Below, piece after piece: positions 18,732-27,559 of a DNA stretch of 41,393 nucleotides (positions within the stretch are counted from its first letter, which is position 1; each line of letters starts with the position of its first letter). The notes beneath the pieces were generated by a model. That model worked only from the letters and a program-made list of their open reading frames with translations, searched no databases and was not told the DNA's origin. The stretch covers positions 1 to 41,393 of the IMG/VR virus record IMGVR_UViG_3300005996_000032, one strand, 5' to 3'. Position numbers and translations under genes: made by a program. The stretch comes from a virus (taxonomy: Duplodnaviria; Caudoviricetes).

Positions 18732-19208
18732 TTATATCGTCTCTCTTGTTCGGATGATCTGGAGGAAGGGCTTGCCCCTCCATCCCCAGCGTTCGACACG
18801 CTTGATGATCTTGAAGCCCAGCCACTTCACCCATTTCAGGTGGAGTTCATTGCGCTCGTCCACGTAGTTCCCAAGGATGGGATACTGCTCTTGGAGGCGC
18901 TCCAGGATTGCCCTGGAAGCTCGGAGGAAGCGCATCTGCGCCTTCCTGTTGTTCTCTAGTTCCTTGGTTGCGACCAGCCATACGATCCCCATGTTCGGGG
19001 TCCCGATGACCGGCTCGACGCCCAGCATGACCTGGGGTACCCCCTCGGCATCCAGGCCGACCATCGTGCCCTCCTTCTTGGCCGCGAGCGGCAGGAGGAC
19101 CGTGGGAGGCACCCCGACATAATCGAGGGCCTCCCTGCGGTCGGCAGATCGGATGCGCGAAGCGATGTCCCGGCCATCCTCTGGGGTGGCTCTGCGGACT
19201 AGCTCCAT
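18732..19208 (-). CDS. gp13-like virion assembly protein (GNAT-like fold)
   Basis: IRSADRREA...NYVDERNELHLKWVKWLGF; TAATG coupling to tail B. Confidence 0.8.
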   Translation of the reverse strand: MELVRRATPEDGRDIASRIRSADRREALDYVGVPPTVLLPLAAKKEGTMVGLDAEGVPQVMLGVEPVIGTPNMGIVWLVATKELENNRKAQMRFLRASRAILERLQEQYPILGNYVDERNELHLKWVKWLGFKIIKRVERWGWRGKPFLQIIRTRETI

Positions 19209-21601
19209 TAGACGCTCCTGTTGCGGTTGACGTAGTTGGCGGTCCACGCCCCCGATACGAGTTTGCACGGGAACGGGCTGCGGTTGGTGACTTCGATCAC
19301 CGTGCCCCTGGCGTTGCTCATGACGGGCACGCGGAACTCTCCATCGGACAGGGCGATCTCGCCTTCGACGTTCGCGCTGTCGCCGTCCTGCCGCCCGGTG
19401 AACTGGTACGAGTACGTCTTGCGGTTCTTCGGTGTCACATGGACCTCGAAGTGAGCCGTCTCGTTGTAGACCAGGGTCAGGTAGCGAAGCTGGATGCGCC
19501 CGCCTGTGCGGATCGTGATGCCGCCGCCCGTAGCCTCCTCACGAATGAAGAACTCGGAGAAGCGGTAGAGCATCTCGTAGGGGACGCCCGCCCAGAAGTC
19601 GGTATCGGTGAGGTCGCCGCGAACCGTCACTTGGTCGCCGCTCACGTCCTCAACGAACACATGCCGCCCATCAGCCGAGGCCACCTCGATCTCATCAGCC
19701 TCGTAGGGAAGCGTGAAGGTCGAAGTATCCTCCTCCTCGTCATAGCTGACAGAGCCGAGGTCGTCGCTGTGGACCCTGCGGTCCAGGAGGGTGGCGTATT
19801 CGCCTTCGGGGTCGGTGTAGGCCGGGTCGATGGGAATGCGTTCGAGGGCAGTCTGGCCGTCCTCGTAGCGAACCAGCATGAACATCTCGGAGTTCACGAT
19901 GTCCACGTTGAGGATCGTTGATCCCTCCTCGATCTCCCACTTGCTCCAGGAGGACTGTAGCTTCTGCCGGTCGTCCCAGTAGTAGACGTAGATGTAGATG
20001 GTCCGAGGCTCCTCGCTGGAGACCGCCGCTAGGACGCTCTCGGACGCGGAGGTGGTGACCTTGAAGATACCCGTGGGGACATACGACGGGGCGTGCCCGG
20101 TGATGTCGTTGGTGTCGTAGGTGCCAGCCATGTCGTCCATCAGGAAATACTCGTGGAAGGACGAATGGTCGCCACGGTCGGCGGCGAAGTAGATGTAGCG
20201 CCCCGACGACACGGGCTTGGCCGTGGTGGAACTCTCGAACTCCGTTGTGGGGTCGATGGAGACCGTCCTGGGTGATAGGAGGTTGTCGGCCTCCAGGGCG
20301 AACTGCGTCTGGTCCGAGAAGAGGAACAGGTCGTTTGCCCAGGGAACCGCGAAGTTGAGGATCGACACCTTGTCGTGGGTGGTGTCCACGTCGATGGGGT
20401 CATCGTCCAGGATTTGTAGGGCCGTCGTCCTCCAGAAGTTGAAGAAGTCCCCTGCCCTGGAGGCGATGAACGTCTCGTCGGACAGGAAGCCCAGGCGGTT
20501 CTTATGGAAGGTCACGTCGGAGATGGTCCTGCCGATGAAGCTCGGCGGGGGAACGATCTCTTCGTCGCCCGATACCCTCGTGTCCCACTCCTGGGACTTG
20601 AAGGTGAACGTGCCGTCTGCCTCGGAGATGAGGGTGTGCGGCATGGTCGATGGGAGGAGCGTCGTTCGCACCCCAGGTTCGGGGCACTCGCGCCACACCT
20701 TGCCGTTGAACCGGACGAAGTAGTGGTCCATGTCGTTCTCCTGGCTCCCGAAGACCTTGATGACGAAGCCGTCTGGTCCGCTCGGGGGAAGCCGGGAGAA
20801 GTTCTGCGTCTCGTCCTTGAGCGCGTACATGGACTGCTGCGCGAAGCCGTCCTCGGTTCGGATGGTGAAGTCCGAGTTGCCGGTGATGTAGAGGACATCC
20901 TCGTACCGGGTCCATGAGAAGCCGCTGGGGAGGTTGTCCTCCAGGTTGTTCCCGAACTCGGCTGTATGGGAGGTAGGGAAGTTCACCCCGTCTGCGCCCT
21001 CTGCCAGCGCCTTGGCGATGTTGGTGGTGTCGATGGTGTCAACGTCGGTCTCGGGGTCTGTCCCCACGCCGTCGCCTGGGCGGTAGCCCGCGACCTCCAC
21101 GTCATTGACGAAGATGCGATACCAGCGCCCGTAGTTGCCCGCCTTGACAGGCACGATGGCCTCAAAGGGGCGGCTCGGTTCCGTCTCGTTGGGGTCGAGC
21201 CCGGTCACGACCGACTTGTTGGTGATGAACGTGAAGTCGGCCACGGTGACGGCTCGGAAGCCATGCCGGGGGTTGCTGTTGGAAAGGTATGCCTTACCAT
21301 CGGGGAAGTTGACCGTGCGCTCGTCGCCGGTGTTGGCATCGAACACGCGGAGGTCACCGTCAGCGATTACCGTGTAGTAACGCTCCTCGGTGTCCCGGTT
21401 GATGAAGTGGGTGAATGCGCTGTCGCCAACGTCCTGCTGGATCGAGCCAACGTAAATCCTCGGGGGCCTCTTCTTGAGACCCTCAACTACCGTCGAGTAG
21501 GCGTTGATCTGTTCGTCGCACTGGGTGGCTAGGCGGAGGCTGGGAGACTGTTGCGAGACCCCATTGATGAGGTTCGCAATGCTGCTGCTGATGCTTGCCA
21601 T
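19208..21601 (-). CDS. tail tubular protein B (gp12-like nozzle)
   Basis: NLINGVSQQ, GLKKRPP, PSFIGRTISDVTFHKNRLGFLS, QSSWSKW motifs; 797 aa. Confidence 0.95.
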   Translation of the reverse strand: MASISSSIANLINGVSQQSPSLRLATQCDEQINAYSTVVEGLKKRPPRIYVGSIQQDVGDSAFTHFINRDTEERYYTVIADGDLRVFDANTGDERTVNFPDGKAYLSNSNPRHGFRAVTVADFTFITNKSVVTGLDPNETEPSRPFEAIVPVKAGNYGRWYRIFVNDVEVAGYRPGDGVGTDPETDVDTIDTTNIAKALAEGADGVNFPTSHTAEFGNNLEDNLPSGFSWTRYEDVLYITGNSDFTIRTEDGFAQQSMYALKDETQNFSRLPPSGPDGFVIKVFGSQENDMDHYFVRFNGKVWRECPEPGVRTTLLPSTMPHTLISEADGTFTFKSQEWDTRVSGDEEIVPPPSFIGRTISDVTFHKNRLGFLSDETFIASRAGDFFNFWRTTALQILDDDPIDVDTTHDKVSILNFAVPWANDLFLFSDQTQFALEADNLLSPRTVSIDPTTEFESSTTAKPVSSGRYIYFAADRGDHSSFHEYFLMDDMAGTYDTNDITGHAPSYVPTGIFKVTTSASESVLAAVSSEEPRTIYIYVYYWDDRQKLQSSWSKWEIEEGSTILNVDIVNSEMFMLVRYEDGQTALERIPIDPAYTDPEGEYATLLDRRVHSDDLGSVSYDEEEDTSTFTLPYEADEIEVASADGRHVFVEDVSGDQVTVRGDLTDTDFWAGVPYEMLYRFSEFFIREEATGGGITIRTGGRIQLRYLTLVYNETAHFEVHVTPKNRKTYSYQFTGRQDGDSANVEGEIALSDGEFRVPVMSNARGTVIEVTNRSPFPCKLVSGAWTANYVNRNRSV

Positions 21602-21602
21602 C

Positions 21603-22235
21603 TTAGCGGCCCGAGGAGACCCTCAAGGGGCGACCATTGCGGCGGCGAAGGATCGCTGCGGCGTGGCGGTTGCGTAGGAGGTTCGCGCCCTTGGTCCTGA
21701 TCTCGGACTGGCGGAACGCGGAGCGAGCTTCCATCTCGTCATCCTTGGTGAACATATGGGTGGCCTCGTCGCCCATCACGCGATCATGGAAGATGCGCGC
21801 CGCGCGGATCGTGATGTAGTGGCGGGTGGCCTCTGGGAGGTGCTCGAAGGGCATGTTGAGGATCATGTCCACGTAGACAGGCTCCCCGATGTTGTAGGTG
21901 TGGCCGCGCCGGTCATAGAGGCGCTTGCCGCGCACCACGAGGTCACGCTCGGTGTTGGTCGTGGGCTTTATCTCGTCTGCTTCGATCACGTTGCCGGGGA
22001 GAACGATCTCGCCCGTTGAATTTGGTGTGATCCGGTAGCCCTTCTCGGTGTTCGAGTTGAGCCCTCGGGTCTGGACCTGTCGGCTGGTGGTTCGCAGGAT
22101 GTTCCTGGCGATAGCGGCATCGACATTGATGTCGTCCTCCAGCGAGGATACCGGCGTCTCACCGATGGCCGACAGCATGGTGTTGATCGCCTCTCGCTCC
22201 GTAGTGGGCATGAGGGCGTCTGGATTGAACTCGAT
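21603..22235 (-). CDS. tail tubular protein A (gp11-like); proposed ATC start at 22235 (alternative ATG at 22211)
   Basis: TEREAINTMLSAIGETPVSSL and FEHLPEATRHYITIRAAR motifs; AGGAGG 5 nt before an in-frame ATC. Confidence 0.92.
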   Translation of the reverse strand: MEFNPDALMPTTEREAINTMLSAIGETPVSSLEDDINVDAAIARNILRTTSRQVQTRGLNSNTEKGYRITPNSTGEIVLPGNVIEADEIKPTTNTERDLVVRGKRLYDRRGHTYNIGEPVYVDMILNMPFEHLPEATRHYITIRAARIFHDRVMGDEATHMFTKDDEMEARSAFRQSEIRTKGANLLRNRHAAAILRRRNGRPLRVSSGR

Positions 22236-22261
22236 TGGTTCCTCCTGGGTGAATGATGATG

Positions 22262-22301
22262 AAAAAAAGGGACGCCCCCAGAGTTAACCGGGAGCGCCCC
22301 T
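22262..22301 (-). terminator. T-phi-like terminator after the major capsid gene
   Basis: Minus strand AGGGGCGCTCCCGG-TTAACT-CTGGGGGCGTCCCT followed by a U run. Confidence 0.9.
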
Positions 22302-22334
22302 AAAGAGGTCGTGCGTGGACCTACTCGCTAGTGA

Positions 22335-23279
22335 TTAAGCGAGTTCGTCCGGGCGGATTTCAACCGCGCAGTCGGGACGGAGAACGCCGTGGCCGACCAG
22401 GTACTTCGCCACGATGAGCGTGCCCTGGTAAGGCATCTGGTATTCCATCTCGACACCGAGGTCCATGAGCTTGACCGTGCCAACTGCCTGTCGGTTCATG
22501 ACCAGTGCGGTCACGCCCGAGAAGTCGTCGCGGTACTTCTCATGGATGTCGTCGTTGGAGGTATCGTCCTCATCAGCAAGGTTGTTCGTCTTGATGATCG
22601 GGAGGCCACCCACGGTGTAGATGGTGCCCTTGGAGATCGAACCAGCGCCGTCGTAGTCGCGGTTGATGTACGTCTTGTTCTGCGCCAGCGAGTAGAACTG
22701 CGCGGGCTTCACAAAGGCGAAGCGGTCGTTCTCGGGAACGTCCTTCTCATCGAAGTTCTGCTGGGCCGAGAACAGTGCCTCACCCAGGACATCGCTGTCG
22801 CTGTCCACGTCGGCGGCTACGATGGTCGAGCCACCGGGGAGATCGTCAACGGGGTTCTCCGAACGCGCGGCCTGTACGCCAACGCGAGCGACGTTCTTGT
22901 CGTAGTGTTGCGCAAGCGCCTCACCACACTGGAACGAGTATTCCGAACGCACGTCGTAGTGGTTCATGGCCTCGTCCACGTCCGCGATGAAGACATCCGC
23001 AATGAGCTTGTCGTCAATGGTGATGACCTGCTCGTTGTGGTTGACGGACTGGCCGTCGATCTTCGTGCCGGGGGTGTGGTTCCGAGTACCGATGCGGCCA
23101 GTTGCCGGGAACTGGGCCGACTTACCGTGGGCGATCTGACGCACACGATGGCGCTCTGCGAACGCGGTCTTGCGGCGGAACGCCGTCATTACTTCGCCGC
23201 CGAACACCTTGAGGAAGAGTTCGCGGTCGCCGCCCTCGGCATTGATCTGACCGGAGCGGGAAACCAAAAAGTCTGGCAT
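22335..23279 (-). CDS. major capsid protein (gp10-like)
   Basis: LFLKVFGGEVMTAF, GKSAQFPATG, ITIDDKLIAD, YDVRSEYS, GHGVLRPDCA motifs. Confidence 0.97.
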   Translation of the reverse strand: MPDFLVSRSGQINAEGGDRELFLKVFGGEVMTAFRRKTAFAERHRVRQIAHGKSAQFPATGRIGTRNHTPGTKIDGQSVNHNEQVITIDDKLIADVFIADVDEAMNHYDVRSEYSFQCGEALAQHYDKNVARVGVQAARSENPVDDLPGGSTIVAADVDSDSDVLGEALFSAQQNFDEKDVPENDRFAFVKPAQFYSLAQNKTYINRDYDGAGSISKGTIYTVGGLPIIKTNNLADEDDTSNDDIHEKYRDDFSGVTALVMNRQAVGTVKLMDLGVEMEYQMPYQGTLIVAKYLVGHGVLRPDCAVEIRPDELA

Positions 23280-23497
23280 GTGTATAATCCTGTTGTCTGG
23301 GTTGTGGTTTCTTGTTCTCCGTAGTCAGACATCAGAAACAACGAGATTGTCCTCCGGCCACTGGACGCATCCAGTAGTAGAAGGGTCAGGTATTTCACGT
23401 TGTCATCTTACGGTGGGGTCACCCCCTAAGGAGGGGTGTGATCTTCCCTTTTCCAGACAAGGAATTGCCTATCAGTTTTGCTTTTTGATAGGCACGT

Positions 23498-23573
23498 TGG
23501 TCGGCGCGGCAGGACTTGAACCTACAACCTCCCCATTATCGGTGGGGTGCTCTACCAGTTGAGCTACGCGCCT
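23498..23573 (-). tRNA. tRNA with GAU anticodon (Ile identity), atypical A1:G72 mismatch and C33
   Basis: 76-nt cloverleaf AGGCGCG TA GCTC AACTGGTA GAGC A CCCCA CCGATAA TGGGG AGGTT GTAGG TTCAAGT CCTGC CGCGCCG A CCA; encoded CCA; anticodon at 23538-23540. Confidence 0.93.
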
Positions 23574-23660
23574 CCAGGACCGTTAAAGCAGCGATCAGTG
23601 TTCACGCAGGCATCCTGGGATAAGAGGGCCGTGGTTTGCATTGCAGGGACCACAGCCATG

Positions 23661-23933
23661 TCAGTCTGCGAGGCTGTCGTAGAAGGCGATCAGGCGTTGA
23701 CCGCATTCCGACTTCTCTGCCTCGGATTGCTTGAGGGCCGCGATCAGGTGGATCACGTCGGCTCTCGTCAGTTCTCCATCGGGCGGTGCCGGGACGGCCT
23801 CTTTGAAGCACGTTCGGATGTCCGAGGGGATTTCGGGATAGGTGGCCTCGACCAGCCTACTCCCAGAGCTTGCGCAACTCGTCAGTATCGTCACTGTCAA
23901 GGCACATGCGATTATCTTCCAGAGAGGCGACAT
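23661..23933 (-). CDS. o-spanin (Rz1-like lipoprotein)
   Basis: Signal peptide with LTSC lipobox; Pro-rich; overlaps the i-spanin end in another frame. Confidence 0.8.
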   Translation of the reverse strand: MSPLWKIIACALTVTILTSCASSGSRLVEATYPEIPSDIRTCFKEAVPAPPDGELTRADVIHLIAALKQSEAEKSECGQRLIAFYDSLAD

Positions 23934-24195
23934 AGCTTGTCAGTCCTCCTACACGGTTGTTGAGTGCGGTGAGCCGCTCCTGGGCGTCATCGGCGCGCTG
24001 GGCATCCTGTGCCCTAGCCTCGGCCTCACGGGCGATCCGTCTGTCCCGCACCTCGATCTCTGTTTGTAGGGTCTCGACCTGTCGCTCGTTGCGTTCGTCG
24101 GAAACCCCTTTGGCGTAGATCGCCCAGACCGCGCCGAGGGCGGCAATCACGGCGATCCCATAGGGTAGGAACCGCAATAGAATTGCTGGTAGCAT
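23857..24195 (-). CDS. i-spanin (Rz-like)
   Basis: N-terminal TM helix, coiled coil, C-terminal Cys; overlaps the lipoprotein gene. Confidence 0.8.
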   Translation of the reverse strand: MLPAILLRFLPYGIAVIAALGAVWAIYAKGVSDERNERQVETLQTEIEVRDRRIAREAEARAQDAQRADDAQERLTALNNRVGGLTSYVASLEDNRMCLDSDDTDELRKLWE

Positions 24196-24420
24196 CTAGC
24201 GTTTTCCTCCTGTGATCTTGTTGAGGACCCTTCGGTAATCTAGGTGGCCGATCCCGGTGTAGACGCCATACAGGGTGCCCACGAGGCCGAACCCGGAAGC
24301 CACAACTGTGGTGGCTTGGTCGGTCCAGATGGACAGGTAAATGGCGATCCAGACGAGGACCATGTTGATAGCCAGCCAGACCTTCGAGGTCCTACGCTTG
24401 CTTCTACGTTCTTCGGCCAT
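24196..24420 (-). CDS. putative holin (2 TM helices)
   Basis: Basic N-terminus, two hydrophobic segments, basic C-terminus; lies between amidase and spanins. Confidence 0.65.
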   Translation of the reverse strand: MAEERRSKRRTSKVWLAINMVLVWIAIYLSIWTDQATTVVASGFGLVGTLYGVYTGIGHLDYRRVLNKITGGKR

Positions 24421-24856
24421 TGGTGAAGCCGTCGATGTTCCCGAAGGTGTCGCTGGGTACGTCGAACGAGGGACACGCCTTGCCGGGGTCGAACTCGTTA
24501 TGGCCCGCGATCCGCACGATGCTCGGGAAACGCTCGGTGAGGTCCTGGAGTAGCCCACGGATGGAACTGACCTGGGCCTCTGTGCGGGTGTCCTGCGCGA
24601 TGTTCACGTCGTTAGCATCCACGCCGCCAACGTAGCAGATATGGATGTTGTCGCGGTTGTGTCCGTAGACGCCAGCGCCTTCTTGGGAGAGGGGTCGGCC
24701 CTCTTCGATGGTGCCGTCCAGGTAGCCGACAAAGTGGTAGCCGATGTCTCGCCAGCCGTTGTCGTTCACATGCCAGTCGCGGATGTCTGCGACGGTGTGC
24801 TCACGACCACCGGGCGTGGCCGAACAGTGGATGGTGATGGTTGTTGGGTTCTGGAT
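24404..24856 (-). CDS. N-acetylmuramoyl-L-alanine amidase endolysin (T7 gp3.5-like); proposed ATC start at 24856
   Basis: ITIHCSAT (Zn ligand), WH...GWRDIGYH, ICYVGG, AGHNE, KACPSFDV; the first motif lies upstream of the ORF-track GTG (24769). Confidence 0.92.
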   Translation of the reverse strand: MQNPTTITIHCSATPGGREHTVADIRDWHVNDNGWRDIGYHFVGYLDGTIEEGRPLSQEGAGVYGHNRDNIHICYVGGVDANDVNIAQDTRTEAQVSSIRGLLQDLTERFPSIVRIAGHNEFDPGKACPSFDVPSDTFGNIDGFTNGRRT

Positions 24857-24933
24857 GGTGTCTCCTTGGGAGCGGCCCCGAGGAGGGGACCGATCTGGCC
24901 GGCCCTTCCCTCAACTCGGGGTCTTACGCTGTC

Positions 24934-25818
24934 TTAAAGGTTCTTGGAGTTGGCGAGCTTCTTCTCGACCTGGGCGCGGAACGCCGGGTCGGAATGGTAC
25001 TTCTCGTTGTCCATGTCGCGGCTCACCTCGTCCCACGATCCGTAGGTGTCGCCGGAAGTGGCTTGACCTTCGCCGCCGAGGCGCTTGCTCGGAGGCTTAC
25101 CGTTCGCTGCCTCATACTTGCCCTTGAGGGCGTCGATGGCGAACAGGACGGTGTTCATGTCGCCGCTCTCGAACTGCTTGTTGACCGTCTCCATCTCCTT
25201 GTCGGAGAGGTTCTTGCCAGCCCATTCGAGGACTTCCGTCTGCTGCTCCTCGCCGCCGAATGCGTTCTGGATGGTCGAGGTCTGCCGCTCGTTCATGGCC
25301 TTGGCACCTTCGATGTAGGTGTCCACCAGGAACTCGGGCACGTCGAACATCTCCAGGATTTTCTCCCGGCTCTCCTCGGAAATCTCACCGGTCTCGGCAA
25401 GCTCCTTGGTGTAGTCCTGGAGGTCCTCCTCTGTGATCTCGCTGGCCTTCGGCTTGTCGTCCTTGTCGGACTTGTCGTCGCCGTCAGCGTCCTCGCCATC
25501 CTCCCCATCCTCGGCGTCGTCGGCCTTGCCGTTCTTCTTGAGTTCGGCAAGCTCCTGCTGCGCCTTGGTCAGGGCAGACTGCTGCTCCTGATAGGACTTG
25601 GCGAGGTCTTCGGGGCTCTTGAAGTTCTCGGGGAGCCACTCGGGGCGGTCGCCGGTGTCGTCGGACTGCTGCTGCTGGTCTCCCTGCTGCTCTTGTCCGT
25701 CGCCCTGGGACTGCTCGTCGGAGGCGGTCTCTTCGCCGTCAAAGGTCTTGGCCATCTCGGCGTCGTTGGGACCCTCTTTCGGGGTGCCTTCGGATGTGAA
25801 CGTGATGTGGTCAGCCAT
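24934..25818 (-). CDS. capsid scaffolding protein (gp9-like)
   Basis: RPEWLPENFKSPEDLAKSY; acidic; C-terminal KYHSDPAFRAQVEKKL. Confidence 0.92.
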   Translation of the reverse strand: MADHITFTSEGTPKEGPNDAEMAKTFDGEETASDEQSQGDGQEQQGDQQQQSDDTGDRPEWLPENFKSPEDLAKSYQEQQSALTKAQQELAELKKNGKADDAEDGEDGEDADGDDKSDKDDKPKASEITEEDLQDYTKELAETGEISEESREKILEMFDVPEFLVDTYIEGAKAMNERQTSTIQNAFGGEEQQTEVLEWAGKNLSDKEMETVNKQFESGDMNTVLFAIDALKGKYEAANGKPPSKRLGGEGQATSGDTYGSWDEVSRDMDNEKYHSDPAFRAQVEKKLANSKNL

Positions 25819-25967
25819 TAGTAGCTGATGACCTTGATGCGCTTGTTCTCGCTGGTGACCTTGCCGCGCTTCGGTGCAGCCTTCTTCGGCTTGGTGGACC
25901 GCTTGCGCTTCGTCACCTTAGGGGTCTCTTCCGTCTGCTCGACGGGAGTGCTCTGTTCGTCGCTCAT
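25818..25967 (-). CDS. small basic protein between portal and scaffold (49 aa, not in ORF track)
   Basis: MSDEQSTPVEQ...KRIKVISY; ATGA and TAATG overlaps with both neighbours. Confidence 0.65.
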   Translation of the reverse strand: MSDEQSTPVEQTEETPKVTKRKRSTKPKKAAPKRGKVTSENKRIKVISY

Positions 25968-27556
25968 GCTTCTTGCTGTGCTGCTCTCTCTGTTTCTGCC
26001 TGTTGCTTCATTCCCTCCTTGGCCATGCCGCCGCCCTGCTGGATAAGCTGGGGGAGCATCTCCTGGAGCATCTGCATCATCTGCTGCTGCTGGCCTTGCT
26101 GGCCCTGCTGCTCCTGATTGATGACGAGGTGGCGGGCGTCGATGTTGAGCGCCGCTGCTCGCTGCTTGAAATACTCGGGCAGGTTGATCGTCTCTGCGAT
26201 CTGCTCGGGCGGGAGGTACTGCGCCGCCGTGCCGATGAGGTTGTCCAGGGACGCGAGCGAGTGGGCTCGGCCAAGGGCCTCAATGCCGGTGACGATGACG
26301 GGCTTAACGTCCGCTTCCTTCGGTAGGGCGGGGACGCGCTTGGCCCTCTCCATGCGCTTCTCGTAGAGGCGCACGACTGGTAGCTGGAACTCGATAGCCA
26401 GGAGCGAATAGACGCCACCCAGGGCATCATCCAGTTCCTCGGTGAGACGCCTGATCTCCTCGGCGGTGACGCGCTCGGCGTTCCGCTGGACAGACTGGTG
26501 CATCATGAAGGCCAGGGACAGCCGCTGTGTGATGTCCTGGATCATTTGCAGCGCAACCTGGAGGTCGGCTTGCTTCTCTACCTGGAGGGCTCTGACCTCT
26601 TCGGGCTGGCCTTCGACAAACGCGCCGTTCTCGGCCTCTTCCAACTCCTGGACAGACACGCTGCCATTGGGGTTGACGAGGAAGATGAGACGGGAGCTTG
26701 CTGCTGCCCCTTCGAGGACGGCCTCCATGAGACCTTCGAGCGACAGTAGGTCGCCAATGAACTCCTCGATCAGGCCGCGCCCGTAGTCCTCGTTCTCCAG
26801 CGAAGTGAAGCGGAGGGGGACGTAGGGGTTAAGCTCGGGGCGGTGGGTGCCCTCGGAGCCCTTAACGACCGTATCCTCAACCTGCTGGTACTCCTCGATC
26901 TTCCCGTTTTCGTTGAGGAAGAAGTGGGTGTAGAGGTCGAACTTGTCTTCGTCCTTGATGTCCTTCCCGGCGTAATTGTCCGAGGTCTTAATTGCCTCTT
27001 GGACCTCCTCGGGCAGTGCGGTGTAGGCGATCTTCTCTTTGATGACGCCTTCTAGCAGGGTGCCGGTGGGGTCTCTGGCAATGACGTAGCTATCCAGTCG
27101 GTAGCCGCGTGGGATCGCCTTGGGATCGGTGGGAACGTACAGGAGGTAGTTGCCGGAAACGACAAGCTGCCTAACGCTCTCAAACGCAAGGGGCCGGAAC
27201 TTGGAGTTTTCCATCTCCGTCTTGACGGCCCGTGCGCGCCGGTCGAGTGCCTCGTCAAACTCACCGCGTGTACCCTGCTGCTCGGAAAGCTGGTCGATGG
27301 TGAAGTCATCAATCTGGTACTTGAAGCACGGTGCGTTCGGCGGGTAGAGCGCGAGGAGGAGCTTCGATGAGATCGTCCTGACGCCCCTGGAGCCAATCGA
27401 CTGTTGGGGGGTTTCAAATTCGCTGCTTCCGCTATGGCCGTCCTCGGGCATCAGGGTCGGGATAGTAACCTTCGCGGCGTCTCGTGCGCGTTGAAGGAAC
27501 TGGTCCCGTGACCCTGTGAGGGCGGAATACCGCTTGGCAGCCGTTCCTTGTTTCAA
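25964..27556 (-). CDS. portal (head-tail connector, gp8-like); TTG start
   Basis: QSIGSRGVRTISSKLLLALYPP, EDYGRGLIEE, RNAERVTAEEIR, LGGVYSLLA motifs. Confidence 0.97.
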   Translation of the reverse strand: MKQGTAAKRYSALTGSRDQFLQRARDAAKVTIPTLMPEDGHSGSSEFETPQQSIGSRGVRTISSKLLLALYPPNAPCFKYQIDDFTIDQLSEQQGTRGEFDEALDRRARAVKTEMENSKFRPLAFESVRQLVVSGNYLLYVPTDPKAIPRGYRLDSYVIARDPTGTLLEGVIKEKIAYTALPEEVQEAIKTSDNYAGKDIKDEDKFDLYTHFFLNENGKIEEYQQVEDTVVKGSEGTHRPELNPYVPLRFTSLENEDYGRGLIEEFIGDLLSLEGLMEAVLEGAAASSRLIFLVNPNGSVSVQELEEAENGAFVEGQPEEVRALQVEKQADLQVALQMIQDITQRLSLAFMMHQSVQRNAERVTAEEIRRLTEELDDALGGVYSLLAIEFQLPVVRLYEKRMERAKRVPALPKEADVKPVIVTGIEALGRAHSLASLDNLIGTAAQYLPPEQIAETINLPEYFKQRAAALNIDARHLVINQEQQGQQGQQQQMMQMLQEMLPQLIQQGGGMAKEGMKQQAETERAAQQEA

Positions 27557-27559
27557 TGT

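Noticed and set aside
22322-22370. gp10B-like capsid frameshift extension
   Set aside because: No slippery sequence seen, and the terminator follows closely, leaving no room for an extension.
23498-23573. tRNA as attachment-site remnant
   Set aside because: It is complete and lies deep in the late operon, far from the permutation breakpoint.
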